In this document: positions 1 through 9,050 of the stretch, one piece after another
Numbering within the stretch: position 1 is the stretch's first letter
Layout of the letters: each line of letters begins with the position of its first letter
Virus record (IMG/VR): IMGVR_UViG_3300047409_000500
Location: 1 to 51,986 of that record
DNA: 51,986 nucleotides
Direction: 5' to 3' (one strand)
DNA from: a virus
Taxonomy: Duplodnaviria > Caudoviricetes
Position numbers and translations under genes: made by a program
Notes under the pieces: model-generated
Told to the model about the DNA's origin: nothing
The model's database searches: none
The model's input: only the letters and a program-made list of their open reading frames with translations

Positions 1-116
1 GTGGCGGGGCGTGGGTGTCAGTGGGGGCGTGGGGGCGTAGGGGGCGGCCTGGAAGCTAAAACGCCCCCATGGCGTTGAACCCTGGGGGCGTATGTTGGGG
101 GGCGTGGGGGCGGTGT

Positions 117-395
117 CTACCGTTGCACGAGGAAAAACAACGGGCCGAACCAAATCACCGTCTGCCGTACGGGCAAATGGGCGATGCGGAATCGGGGGGC
201 GTGGGGGGCGGTGTTACGGCACATGCGAATCGTCATATCGGTTAACCGTTGCCATGTGGACAACGGCTTGTAGCACGTCATCGCGGTTTGGCACGAGGCG
301 CAAACCAATACGCCTCGGGGCGTGGGGCGGCGACAAGGCCGCCCCCCGATTTCAAATCCCGATTTGCACCGCGCTGTCCACATGGCCTTCGTCAT
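117..395 (-). CDS. hypothetical protein (Cys-rich)
   Basis: ATG 4 nt after the stop of the upstream gene; no recognisable family. Confidence 0.35.
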   Translation of the reverse strand: MTKAMWTARCKSGFEIGGRPCRRPTPRGVLVCASCQTAMTCYKPLSTWQRLTDMTIRMCRNTAPHAPRFRIAHLPVRQTVIWFGPLFFLVQR

Positions 396-399
396 GGCG

Positions 400-747
400 T
401 TACTTGCCCCCCGCGATCTTGTACGTGCGCACGCCTTCAACGCTGGTCGATTCGATTGTGTGGGTCTTGCCCAGGATGCTCATGAATCCCCGCACCGTGT
501 GACGCTGCCATCCGAATCGCGTCATGAGGTCGTCTAGGGCGATTCCCTTTTTCAGTAGTTCGATCGCCTCGCCCTTTTTCGTGGTTCGGGGCGTGGGGGC
601 GGTCGGTGCGGGGGCGGCCTTGGCGGCCTTGGCGGGGGCGGCCTTCGTGGGGGCGGCCTTCGTGGGGGCGGCCTTGGCGGCCTTACCCTTGGGGGCGGCC
701 TTTTTCGTGGCGGCCTTCGGGGCGGTGTTCTTTTTCGTCGATTTCAT
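400..747 (-). CDS. DUF3489 domain protein with Lys/Ala/Pro-rich (histone H1-like) N-terminus
   Basis: C-terminus IELLKKGIALDDLMTRFGWQRHTVRGFMS fits the DUF3489 GWQxHTVRG motif; KAAP(T) repeats; start set at ATG 747. Confidence 0.8.
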   Translation of the reverse strand: MKSTKKNTAPKAATKKAAPKGKAAKAAPTKAAPTKAAPAKAAKAAPAPTAPTPRTTKKGEAIELLKKGIALDDLMTRFGWQRHTVRGFMSILGKTHTIESTSVEGVRTYKIAGGK

Positions 748-1086
748 TTTCGTTTTTTCCTTTTTCGTTTTTCGTACCGTTGCGGTACTGAAACTAGCTT
801 TGATCGGATCGCGAAAAAACGTCAAGCGCCTTTTTTCAAATCGCCGATTTGCCACGTCCAAGTGGGTGCTTCGATGCGGATCCGGCGATGTGGCTGGTGG
901 CTGACACCGATTGGCCCGGGGTCGGCCCGGGGGGAGGATAATCGGGTGATCCGCATCCCATCGGTGCATCGGGACGCCCCCGCGCACACATGATGGCCCG
1001 TACTCGGATACCACCCCTCCCTTTTTCTAGATTTGAGAACGCAAGTGGCATCGAATCGAAAACGGCCAGGGATTCGGCCACAAGCG

Positions 1087-1120
1087 AAAAAGCCCCCGGC
1101 ACCAATCGGCACCGGGGGCT
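1087..1120 (-). terminator. rho-independent terminator
   Basis: Minus strand GCCCCCGG...CCGGGGGC stem followed by TTTTT, just downstream of the 1152 stop. Confidence 0.75.
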
Positions 1121-1151
1121 CAACGAAAGGATGAAACGAAAACTGATCGGT

Positions 1152-1559
1152 TTAGCCGATAGGCGCATCACCTCCCTTCATGTGGAGCCACACGGCCCGC
1201 ACTTGATCGTCCGTCAGCGATTCGAGTAGATCGTCCGTTTCGGCCACGGTGATTCCGGTCGCCTCGTGGATCATGCGAATGAGATCGTCCTGGTCCATCT
1301 TGCGGTCGACGGTGCGCTCGGCGATTTGTTCGGCATACGAATCCCGAACGCCTTTCATCGTGGCGGCGTCGATCCGCGCCAGCTCGACCTCATCGGGAAT
1401 GCGAATTGCGATGTAGGTGTCGCCGTTCTTTTTCAGGAAGGTCACGGGCAATTTCAAATCCCGCGCCACGGCCTTAACCGCTTCGATCAGGTCCAGGCTG
1501 AATCCATTTTCCAGCGCATAGGCGGGGCAGCGCCCCCATGGTTCGCGTCTCATCTTCAT
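1152..1559 (-). CDS. hypothetical protein
   Basis: GGAGG upstream; part of a tightly coupled operon. Confidence 0.6.
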   Translation of the reverse strand: MKMRREPWGRCPAYALENGFSLDLIEAVKAVARDLKLPVTFLKKNGDTYIAIRIPDEVELARIDAATMKGVRDSYAEQIAERTVDRKMDQDDLIRMIHEATGITVAETDDLLESLTDDQVRAVWLHMKGGDAPIG

Positions 1560-1561
1560 CG

Positions 1562-1894
1562 TCAATATTCCTCCCGCAACATGATGGTTAATATCCGAAT
1601 CGTCTGGCCGGGATCGCTCGGGTCCTCGCTGCCGAATTCCAGCTTCCGGTCGTAGTAATCGATCTTCCACATGACAGCGATGCCGTCGTGCTCGAACGAT
1701 CCGAAATCGCGTTCGCCGTACGGGTCGTTGCCGGGATGGAAATCGTTGAACGTTTCCACCAATTCACGGATGCGGGATTGCGTCTGCCATGGCAGCGCGT
1801 TGATCCCGCTCGTCTGGTGCAGACGGCCCGCCACGCCCATCGCGGTACGGGCCAGATCGTTCAGTTCGGCGATGCGTTGTTTGTTAGCCGTCAT
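1562..1894 (-). CDS. DUF3768 domain protein
   Basis: IAELNDLAR...FNDFHPGNDPYGERDFG...WKIDYYD...LTIMLREEY is the DUF3768 pattern. Confidence 0.85.
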   Translation of the reverse strand: MTANKQRIAELNDLARTAMGVAGRLHQTSGINALPWQTQSRIRELVETFNDFHPGNDPYGERDFGSFEHDGIAVMWKIDYYDRKLEFGSEDPSDPGQTIRILTIMLREEY

Positions 1895-2136
1895 CGGGGC
1901 TGCCTGCCTTTCAGATCGGCCAGCCGTTTGCGGAATACCGCATCGGGCATGATGAACACCTCGACGGGCCGCCCCGCGCAACGCCATTGCAACGGCGCGG
2001 TACTGGCTGGATCGCGGCGCAGGATGGCAACGAATCCCGGCGCTTCCTGAATCGTTAGCGCGACCTCGTTGGCGGCCAGGATCGTGCCCGTAAAGGATCG
2101 CCACCCGGTGATGCGGACCTTGGTGCCGGGCGTCAC
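1891..2136 (-). CDS. hypothetical protein
   Basis: GTGA/ATGA overlaps with neighbouring genes. Confidence 0.55.
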   Translation of the reverse strand: MTPGTKVRITGWRSFTGTILAANEVALTIQEAPGFVAILRRDPASTAPLQWRCAGRPVEVFIMPDAVFRKRLADLKGRQPR

Positions 2137-2321
2137 TGTCCATCCTCCAGCGCCTTCTTGATTCGGTAGATGAGCATCCCTTCGGTCGCATTCGTGCCGA
2201 CCGCTTCTTCGTCGATCTCGGCATTGCGCCAATCGCCCACCACGGGGAAGCTGTCGATCACCAGCCCATCGGGCCGGGTGATTGTGATCAACACCCGGCC
2301 CATGACTTTCCTACTTGCCAT
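2133..2321 (-). CDS. hypothetical protein
   Basis: RBS GGAGG; coupled ORF. Confidence 0.55.
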   Translation of the reverse strand: MASRKVMGRVLITITRPDGLVIDSFPVVGDWRNAEIDEEAVGTNATEGMLIYRIKKALEDGQ

Positions 2322-2550
2322 CGCGAACCTCCCGGCGCTTCTGCAATCGCGCCGCTTCGATTGCCTCGCTCTGTTGCAGCACCGTCAGGGTGGGATCGAG
2401 TTCCACGGCGAACACCAGCGGCCTGTGCGATGTGCTATTGATCAATTCCGTTTTCCTGAACGCACCATAACTGGTGTACGTCGTGCCGCGACCTTCATCG
2501 GGCCGATCAATTTGCACCACAATCCATCGCGCTTGTTTCGCCTTCGTCAT
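2311..2550 (-). CDS. hypothetical protein
   Basis: GGAGG RBS; ATGA overlap. Confidence 0.55.
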   Translation of the reverse strand: MTKAKQARWIVVQIDRPDEGRGTTYTSYGAFRKTELINSTSHRPLVFAVELDPTLTVLQQSEAIEAARLQKRREVRDGK

Positions 2551-2750
2551 CGGACACCTCCATCGCGCTGCCCCGGCGACAGCGTTACCATTCCCCGCGC
2601 CACGTCCAACGCCCGATGCACATCCGGCCCGGCGAATTGCGTAAACGTCTGCGATCCGCCCCCGTGTTCGGGGGCGAATTCCTTCTTCACTTCCACCAGC
2701 CAATCGCCCAGGTCATCGAGCGTTAGCTTCACTTCCACGATTCGATTCAT
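2547..2750 (-). CDS. hypothetical protein
   Basis: TAATG overlap with the upstream small ORF. Confidence 0.55.
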   Translation of the reverse strand: MNRIVEVKLTLDDLGDWLVEVKKEFAPEHGGGSQTFTQFAGPDVHRALDVARGMVTLSPGQRDGGVR

Positions 2751-2920
2751 TAGTTGGTTCCTTTCCATGAGGTCGGGCGAAAGCCGCCTCGGCTAATCCA
2801 TTCATCGAGCGCTTCGACCAGTTCGGCCAGACGTACCGCGCCATAGCTGTGTGCATCGGGATCGGCGAGGATCGCTTTCGCGATCCTCCGTTGTTCCAGG
2901 AGATTGCTGTTGGGGTCCAT
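2750..2920 (-). CDS. small phage protein, 56 aa (MDPNSNLLEQ...LDEWISRGGFRPTSW)
   Basis: Read by hand, below the ORF-track cutoff; TAATG overlaps at both ends. Confidence 0.7.
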   Translation of the reverse strand: MDPNSNLLEQRRIAKAILADPDAHSYGAVRLAELVEALDEWISRGGFRPTSWKGTN

Positions 2921-3213
2921 TAGGCGATCCCTTCCGCCACGGGATAGAAATAGTACTGGCCGTCGTCGAAGTAGAATCCCGCCTCGCCGGGGGTAATCGG
3001 CGCGCTGTATTCCCTGCCGTCATCGCGCAGCAGTTGCGCATTAGGATAGCCGTGCGGGGATTGGAATCGGACGTTCATGATCTTCCCCGCGACCTGCATA
3101 CTCATGCAAACCTCGGACCAGGAGATCTCCATCCGAACCACATCGCCGGGCTGAACGAATTGTCGAATCGCGTAGTTTCGCATCGCTAGCACCGCCCCGT
3201 TTTCTGCAGCCAT
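2920..3213 (-). CDS. hypothetical protein
   Basis: ORF in coupled operon. Confidence 0.55.
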   Translation of the reverse strand: MAAENGAVLAMRNYAIRQFVQPGDVVRMEISWSEVCMSMQVAGKIMNVRFQSPHGYPNAQLLRDDGREYSAPITPGEAGFYFDDGQYYFYPVAEGIA

Positions 3214-3473
3214 TCGGTCGCATCGGTCACGTTCAAATCCATGGAGCAGGGATCGTAGTAATCGGGCGATCCGAATTCGCCATCGCGTTCTTTATAGAGC
3301 GCAAAGTACAGCGGCACCAGCGCGCCACTGTCCGGTCCAAGGCGCATGTAATCCCGCATTAATTCCTTCGCTTCGTCTACGGTGCTAGCTAGCCTATAGG
3401 GCTGATAGTGATAGGTCTCGGGATCGGGCATCCCGAGGCAGCTTTCCGCTTCAATTACAATCAAGTAAGTCAT
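3186..3473 (-). CDS. hypothetical protein
   Basis: First gene after an intergenic region; AAAGG RBS. Confidence 0.6.
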   Translation of the reverse strand: MTYLIVIEAESCLGMPDPETYHYQPYRLASTVDEAKELMRDYMRLGPDSGALVPLYFALYKERDGEFGSPDYYDPCSMDLNVTDATEWLQKTGRC

Positions 3474-3810
3474 CGTCTAAACCTTTCGTTTTCAATCAGT
3501 TGGGTTACAACCAGGACCAGCCTAACTCGATGCTCGTATGAATCGCAAGTACCATTTTTGATATGTGGCGGTCCCAGGCGCGGTGCATCGCGCGCCGCAT
3601 CGCCTCCCTGCCACAGCCACCTGGGACGCTGTGTAGGCGGATTTCTCCTCGCCAGGGGGGCGGCGATGCGAACCGCACCAGGAGCCGCCCGGCGGTGTGC
3701 GTAGGGGCGGGGCGGCGCGGGGATCATCGCCCGTACTCGGATACCACCCCTCGCCTTCTAAAAAAACCGCATCCCTCGGGGCCGCCGTTTCCGAATACAA
3801 TAGGAAAAAC

Positions 3811-4143
3811 ATGCAAGTACGAAAAACCAAACCGAACCACGGCGGGGGCCGCCCGCCGATGATGTTCAAGTGCAAGCTCTGCGGGGCGAAGCTCAACAAA
3901 ACGGAGATGCGGTTGCACGAGCCCGGCTGCCGCCGCGCGACGTTGCTGCACGTGGGCGCGCGCTTCACTGTGATGCTCAACGATAGGCAGGTCCCGGTGA
4001 TCATTGAGGAATTCCTGACGGACGAGGGCGAGGCCATGCGCTGCCGCAATCTGATTAGTGGCCGGCGGATTCGAGTCACATCGCCGCGGCGGTTTCGGGA
4101 ATGGATGGAAAGCGCCAACGTGCGCTTCGTGCGGGCCGGGTAA
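3811..4143 (+). CDS. putative Zn-finger protein
   Basis: AGGA RBS; CKLC...HEPGC motif. Confidence 0.55.
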   Translation: MQVRKTKPNHGGGRPPMMFKCKLCGAKLNKTEMRLHEPGCRRATLLHVGARFTVMLNDRQVPVIIEEFLTDEGEAMRCRNLISGRRIRVTSPRRFREWMESANVRFVRAG

Positions 4144-4158
4144 GAGAGGAAAAAAACG

Positions 4159-4530
4159 ATGACGAATAAGACGGGTAAAGTATCGACGGGCGCTGGCTGC
4201 GGAATCCTGCTGCTGTGCTGCGTTGGGATCTTGGTAGTGCTGTGGATTGGGACTGAGGTAAGGTCTGGCCTAAGCCGCCCCAGTCCCGAGGAAGTGAAGC
4301 GGCAAATCGCTATTGAGGTTTGCAGCGGCCTGCTTGTTCAAGAACACATGCCGGGCCTAAAAGGGGTCGAGGGGCGAAGACCCCGCGCGGAGACGTTGGC
4401 GACCGTGGCGAAGCAGGGCGACACCTATACCGTGAGTTGGGGAATCGGGGATGCATGGTGCAAAGTCAATCTCGTCACCACCGATGGCGGGGTCAAGAGC
4501 GGCAATCCCGATGTTTCCTGGCGTCACTAA
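4159..4530 (+). CDS. membrane-anchored hypothetical protein
   Basis: GAGG RBS; hydrophobic N-terminal segment GCGILLLCCVGILVVLWIG. Confidence 0.65.
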   Translation: MTNKTGKVSTGAGCGILLLCCVGILVVLWIGTEVRSGLSRPSPEEVKRQIAIEVCSGLLVQEHMPGLKGVEGRRPRAETLATVAKQGDTYTVSWGIGDAWCKVNLVTTDGGVKSGNPDVSWRH

Positions 4531-5678
4531 ACTTCCATTACCTTGAGGCGGGACTGGACCAGCCTGCCATTGGCCCGCTTCCCCTCGATCACAATTTCGT
4601 TCGTGGCCTCATCGAAGCGGGCCAGGGCCATGGGCACGCCGCCGACCATATAAGCGCCCGTCACGTTGCAATCGCCATCGACGTCCAGCTTGTGAGCGGG
4701 CGGGTTCTCGCCGAGGCTCAGGCTCCACACCATCCGCACGTAGGATTGCTCGCCGCTCATCAGAATGCCTACCGACCAATCGTTAGTGCGCAGCGAAACC
4801 AGATCGCCATCCTGGTGAATCAAGACCCACTCGTAAGGGACCGTCCCGTTCTTGTCGGGGAAGGTCACGTTGCCTGTAGACAGAGCGCCCGAAGGTTGAA
4901 TTCGGACGGCGCTTGCGCTATTCAAGGCGAAGCCAGCGGCATCGACGTCGCCCGTCCAGGGAGTTTGGCTCCCGCCGCCGCCACCCCCGCTGATCGGGGC
5001 ACCGTTGACGAAGTATTGGCCTGTGATGTTTACGTCGCCCTGCACGACGACCGCATAGGGACCTGCGCCGGGTCTGCTGGTTTGATTTCCAAAGAAGTGG
5101 GCGTTCATCGCAAATGAGATTCCACCCCCGCCCGTCCAATCCACTTCCATCAGCGTAAAACCCGAGGCTGCGAGTTGCCATCGACCGGAGAAGCATTGAC
5201 CGAAGAAGTTTGTGCCGCCGGGAAAATTAGCGCCATCCGACCAACGAATCGTACTCACATAATTCAGGGCGTGATTTGCCGCGTCGATATCCGAGGTCCA
5301 CGGAGTCTGCGAGGTGTCGGCGGCCCGGGTGTCCTTCAGCGTGGTTTCGATCACGATGCCCACATCGCGCAACTGATCCGTCAACACGGGGATTGAAGCG
5401 CCGCTCGGCCACAGGATGGCGTTGCTTTTCATCTTCCCGGTGGTATACACCAGACAGGACACGGCCCCAAACGTGGCATCGGCATCCTCGCCTACGATCC
5501 CGTTCGGTGCGGTCGCGCCCGAGGTGATCTCTCCGGTTCCTGGATCGATATGGACTACCGCGCCGCGCTGGTACGCGCCGGATGAGAGCGTGCCCTGCAC
5601 ACTGATTACACTGGACCCATCCACCAGGAGCGAATCCTGATCGGAATCGCCTTCGGTCAGAAAACCCGCGACGGGCAT
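4527..5678 (-). CDS. second head-decoration-like protein fused to fibre-like modules
   Basis: N-terminus aligns by eye to the 43324..44223 decoration protein; SQTPWT(S/G)D(I/V)DAA motif occurs twice and is shared with the tail fibre; AAGGAG RBS before ATG 5678. Confidence 0.7.
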   Translation of the reverse strand: MPVAGFLTEGDSDQDSLLVDGSSVISVQGTLSSGAYQRGAVVHIDPGTGEITSGATAPNGIVGEDADATFGAVSCLVYTTGKMKSNAILWPSGASIPVLTDQLRDVGIVIETTLKDTRAADTSQTPWTSDIDAANHALNYVSTIRWSDGANFPGGTNFFGQCFSGRWQLAASGFTLMEVDWTGGGGISFAMNAHFFGNQTSRPGAGPYAVVVQGDVNITGQYFVNGAPISGGGGGGSQTPWTGDVDAAGFALNSASAVRIQPSGALSTGNVTFPDKNGTVPYEWVLIHQDGDLVSLRTNDWSVGILMSGEQSYVRMVWSLSLGENPPAHKLDVDGDCNVTGAYMVGGVPMALARFDEATNEIVIEGKRANGRLVQSRLKVMEV

Positions 5679-5726
5679 AAGCGTTTCTCCTTCAGCCAAT
5701 TGTGCCCCAGTTTGTTTAAATCCCAA

Positions 5727-5978
5727 TCATAATTTGATTTGGATGGGAAGCACCATACCGCCGGGGTCGGTGCCGAAGCGGAAGAAGCGCTGGTTTGGGT
5801 CGGGCTCGTCGAGAAACTCGATTTCGATTACATGCAGGCGATGGGCAACCATGGCGGTCGCGTGTTTGGTGGCGAGGGCGGGCAGGAGGTTCTCGAGCCC
5901 GGCCTCGTCCAGATCAATGCGATCCTCAAACAGCATCTTTCCGGCCGCAAAGCCCCGGATGGCGATGCGTTGCTTCAC
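5727..5978 (-). CDS. hypothetical protein
   Basis: GTGA overlap start. Confidence 0.55.
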   Translation of the reverse strand: MKQRIAIRGFAAGKMLFEDRIDLDEAGLENLLPALATKHATAMVAHRLHVIEIEFLDEPDPNQRFFRFGTDPGGMVLPIQIKL

Positions 5979-6313
5979 GGCTTTGGCTTGCGCCTCCGCT
6001 TGGGCCTGGGGATCTCGGGGAACTCCGCGACGGCCAGCGGATGCGAACCGCACACCGGAGCCAGCGGCGGGTGGATCTTGCCAGACCAATTGCGCTCCAG
6101 GATGAAGCTCTTTGCGGTGGCCACGTTGTAGGCTTTGAACGAAACCACCTGGGTCCAGTGATGTTTGCTGCGTCTGCCGCACTCGGCGCAGGGTACGGCC
6201 CGGTTGAAGCGCAGGAAGCGGACAAGCTCTCGCTGCCATTCCTCGAATAGCGGATTCGGCCTTGCCTCCAGGATCGTCACCTGAAGAACCTTGTGGAAGT
6301 CGATGCCCTTCAC
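5975..6313 (-). CDS. hypothetical Zn-binding protein
   Basis: CAEC...C..H motif; GTGA overlaps. Confidence 0.55.
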   Translation of the reverse strand: MKGIDFHKVLQVTILEARPNPLFEEWQRELVRFLRFNRAVPCAECGRRSKHHWTQVVSFKAYNVATAKSFILERNWSGKIHPPLAPVCGSHPLAVAEFPEIPRPKRRRKPKP

Positions 6314-6603
6314 GGCTGGCCTCCGCACAACAGACAAGCCGGATCCTTGCCCTCGCACCAGGGGCACGGTTCCGATGCCTCCAGCAGCGGCACGAGCAAG
6401 CTCGGCGAACCGCCCACCTCCAGATAGACGAATCGCCTCTCCGTGGAAATCCGCGACGAGACGATCTGTACGCCCTCGCGGGTTCCGTAGATGTAGCCCG
6501 CGGTTACGCCGTCGCGCAGCACCTCGATGATGGTTTCGCTGCTCCGTGCCGGGTCGATGTGTCGGGCCTCGCGCAAGCGCAGCACCGAACGTTCTGGAAT
6601 CAC
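6310..6603 (-). CDS. hypothetical protein with C-terminal CxxC-CxxC
   Basis: CPWC...CLLC; AAGGAGG RBS. Confidence 0.6.
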   Translation of the reverse strand: MIPERSVLRLREARHIDPARSSETIIEVLRDGVTAGYIYGTREGVQIVSSRISTERRFVYLEVGGSPSLLVPLLEASEPCPWCEGKDPACLLCGGQP

Positions 6604-6833
6604 GATTCCTCCTTGGGCGGCTGTGCTTCCCCCCGCAGCCAGCGCTCGTAGGCGATGCGCGGAATATACCGGAACTGGCCGACCTGAACGGTGGGCAGCG
6701 CCCCGGAGTTAATCAGCATGTACACTGCATCGCGCCCGAGTCCCGCCGCCCAGGCGACCTCGCGCACCGTCATCAGATCCTTGCCCCGGTCGGGGCGGGG
6801 GTTGTTATTCTCTTTGGCTTCCCGCATCTTCAA
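6600..6833 (-). CDS. excisionase-family (HTH_17-like) DNA-binding protein
   Basis: LMTVREVAWAAGLGRDAVYMLINSGALPTVQVGQFRYIPR pattern. Confidence 0.75.
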   Translation of the reverse strand: MKMREAKENNNPRPDRGKDLMTVREVAWAAGLGRDAVYMLINSGALPTVQVGQFRYIPRIAYERWLRGEAQPPKEES

Positions 6834-7092
6834 TCTCGAAATGTGTCCCGCCCATCATCTCGACCCACGGCCCGCCCGGTTGCCCGTTGATAAGCCCGCG
6901 CGTAGCGAATAGCATGATGCCGTGTTCGGGGTGGATCGCCATGGACAACGGATTCCCTATGGGAAACGGCGGGCGGCTGTCGAACCCGACCGCGATGGAG
7001 CGTCCGTTGCTTGAGAGGATCGCCACCTCGGCGATGGCGGCCTTGTCGGGCCTACCCATGGGAAACACCCGCACCTTATCGCCCGTCGTCAT
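6805..7092 (-). CDS. hypothetical protein
   Basis: ATGA overlap. Confidence 0.55.
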   Translation of the reverse strand: MTTGDKVRVFPMGRPDKAAIAEVAILSSNGRSIAVGFDSRPPFPIGNPLSMAIHPEHGIMLFATRGLINGQPGGPWVEMMGGTHFEIEDAGSQRE

Positions 7093-7682
7093 CGCTGCAC
7101 CGTGGTGGCCGGGGGCATCCAATCCGCGCCGAACATTCCGCGCAGGATCGGCAGGGCTCTATGCACCGGGATCTGCTGCCCGTGCCGCCAGAAGGTCCAC
7201 TGCGAGGGGTTGCCCGGCTTCAAGTAGGGCGACAGCGGGAATGGACGTTTTAGCATCTGGATTGCCGAGCAACCCACGGCCACGAAAAGCTCGGGGCGGT
7301 CGGGGATCATCGTCTCGTCAATCAGGACCGCCGCCTCGGGGGGCAGCTTCCCCGGGTGCACCACATCCACCCGGCCCAGGTATTTCGGGGCCGCGAGATA
7401 GGGGCACGTCTGCAGGGCGTACTCGATGCATTCCTGATGCCCGGGTAAGTCGAGATACCATCCGTCAGGATGGAATGCCGAGCGCGGCCCGCCGACAAAC
7501 CAGATCAGGCTATCCAGTTTCTCGCCGCAGATCGGACAGAGGTCCTCGCGCAAGGCTTGCCAAGACCGCCGATCATCGTTGACCGTGAAGAAGACATCGC
7601 TCTCAGTGCGCAGCACGTTCCACGGGATCGGATAGCCCCGGGGATCGCGGGGCAAGCGGGCGATGCGTGCCGGCACGGTCAC
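7089..7682 (-). CDS. Cys/His-rich phage protein, paralog of 14278..14934
   Basis: RGYPIPW...CPICG...GP...HQEC...CPYL. Confidence 0.65.
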   Translation of the reverse strand: MTVPARIARLPRDPRGYPIPWNVLRTESDVFFTVNDDRRSWQALREDLCPICGEKLDSLIWFVGGPRSAFHPDGWYLDLPGHQECIEYALQTCPYLAAPKYLGRVDVVHPGKLPPEAAVLIDETMIPDRPELFVAVGCSAIQMLKRPFPLSPYLKPGNPSQWTFWRHGQQIPVHRALPILRGMFGADWMPPATTVQR

Positions 7683-7873
7683 AGCCGAACCTCGCGCACA
7701 ATCGGGCAGGCCGACCACTCCACGGGCTCACCGTTGATTTCGAGCATACAGGGCGCGTGACGATTGAGGATCAGCCCACACTGGTTGCCCTCGGTGTTGA
7801 GCAGGATAAACGGCAGCGCGAAGTGCGCCAGCTGCACATACATCGCGCGGCCGTAAAACGGGCAGTTTTTCAT
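7679..7873 (-). CDS. hypothetical Cys-rich protein
   Basis: ATGA overlap; four Cys. Confidence 0.5.
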   Translation of the reverse strand: MKNCPFYGRAMYVQLAHFALPFILLNTEGNQCGLILNRHAPCMLEINGEPVEWSACPIVREVRL

Positions 7874-8166
7874 AAGGGATCCATTCCCCAATCGGTGGCC
7901 ACCTCGACCCACTGGTCGATGTCCCGCCGCGAGGCGATGTGTTGGGCGGCGTCGCGCAAGGATTTCAACTCGGCCCGGCCCGCGTCGTTCAGGTGCGGGT
8001 TCTGATCCCACGTCCCGGCTTCGATCCACTGCACCAGATAGGCGCGGATCAGTTTGATCTCGTGCTTCGAGAGCGTTTCTTCCCGCAGGTAATGATGAAT
8101 GGCATCGGCGAGTCTGCTGCCGATTTCATGCATCCAGAAGCCCGGGGGTGTCGGTTGTGGGCTCAT
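7870..8166 (-). CDS. hypothetical protein
   Basis: AAGGAG RBS. Confidence 0.6.
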   Translation of the reverse strand: MSPQPTPPGFWMHEIGSRLADAIHHYLREETLSKHEIKLIRAYLVQWIEAGTWDQNPHLNDAGRAELKSLRDAAQHIASRRDIDQWVEVATDWGMDPL

Positions 8167-8332
8167 GGGGCTTCGCTCCTTTCCGTCGTTTGGATTCCTT
8201 CAATTCGATCCGGTCTATTACCGGGGCCAGGGCTTCCAGCAGCCGCGTTTCCTTCGCGTTCAGCGTTCGCTTCGATTCGAGTTCCACCAGTCGATAAAAT
8301 TCTCGGGCCATCGCAAACTCAAAGAGATTCAA
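8126..8332 (-). CDS. hypothetical protein
   Basis: TTGA overlap start. Confidence 0.45.
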   Translation of the reverse strand: MNLFEFAMAREFYRLVELESKRTLNAKETRLLEALAPVIDRIELKESKRRKGAKPHEPTTDTPGLLDA

Positions 8333-8556
8333 GGCTGCGCCCCCGCCGCGTCCCGGCATTGCGTACAGAGCACCCGGCCCCCGGCCAGGGCGGGATCGCC
8401 GAACAGCAGCACGCGATGCCCGCACGTCAACGCCGCGTAGTGGCCGACCCTGGTATTGGGAATGCGCTCAGTGCAAACGATGCCCATGTGAAAGCGGCTC
8501 TCGCGGGGATCTTCGTCGGGCTCCAGGTACGCGCCGCCGCCCAGGTCGATCTTCAT
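8329..8556 (-). CDS. hypothetical Zn-binding protein
   Basis: LTCGH...CTQC. Confidence 0.55.
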   Translation of the reverse strand: MKIDLGGGAYLEPDEDPRESRFHMGIVCTERIPNTRVGHYAALTCGHRVLLFGDPALAGGRVLCTQCRDAAGAQP

Positions 8557-9050
8557 TGCGGTTTGCCTTTCGGGGGATCTTCGGGATTCGCCGCGCGGCG
8601 CAGCCGCATCAGGCTGCGCAGCAATTCACCCGGAATCGGAATATCCGTAAAGGTGATTTGCGGGGCCGCGTTCTTCGAGATCACCAGGGTAAAGTTTTCG
8701 CGCAGGCCCACTGAGTTATCCCACCCGCCCACGGCGGCGGCCTCCTCCCGCATTTCCGCCCAGGCAAGGTTGCGCGCGATCTCTTCGAGCGCGGCGAGGC
8801 GGCTGATGAGGATGCGCAGCGCCTTGCGATCCTCTTCTCCGTTGGCATCGAACTTCAACGAGTGCTGCGCCAGCATCCCCTGGCGGTCATAATCGTGGGC
8901 CAGCGCCCACAACACCTTGGCATGGAGCGATTGAACCACCACCAGGACCGTCTCGCCCTCTTCCGCCGGGTCGAGCGAGGTGGCGGTTTGCTGTACGTGA
9001 GTTTCGTTGATCCGTAGTAAATCGGCCACAATAGTTTGAAAGATCGTCAT
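8553..9050 (-). CDS. hypothetical protein
   Basis: GGAGGT RBS; ATGA overlap. Confidence 0.6.
   Translation of the reverse strand: MTIFQTIVADLLRINETHVQQTATSLDPAEEGETVLVVVQSLHAKVLWALAHDYDRQGMLAQHSLKFDANGEEDRKALRILISRLAALEEIARNLAWAEMREEAAAVGGWDNSVGLRENFTLVISKNAAPQITFTDIPIPGELLRSLMRLRRAANPEDPPKGKPQ

Noticed and set aside
600-730. 15-bp tandem repeats as a non-coding array
   Set aside because: They are in frame and encode the KAAP(T) repeats of the DUF3489 protein
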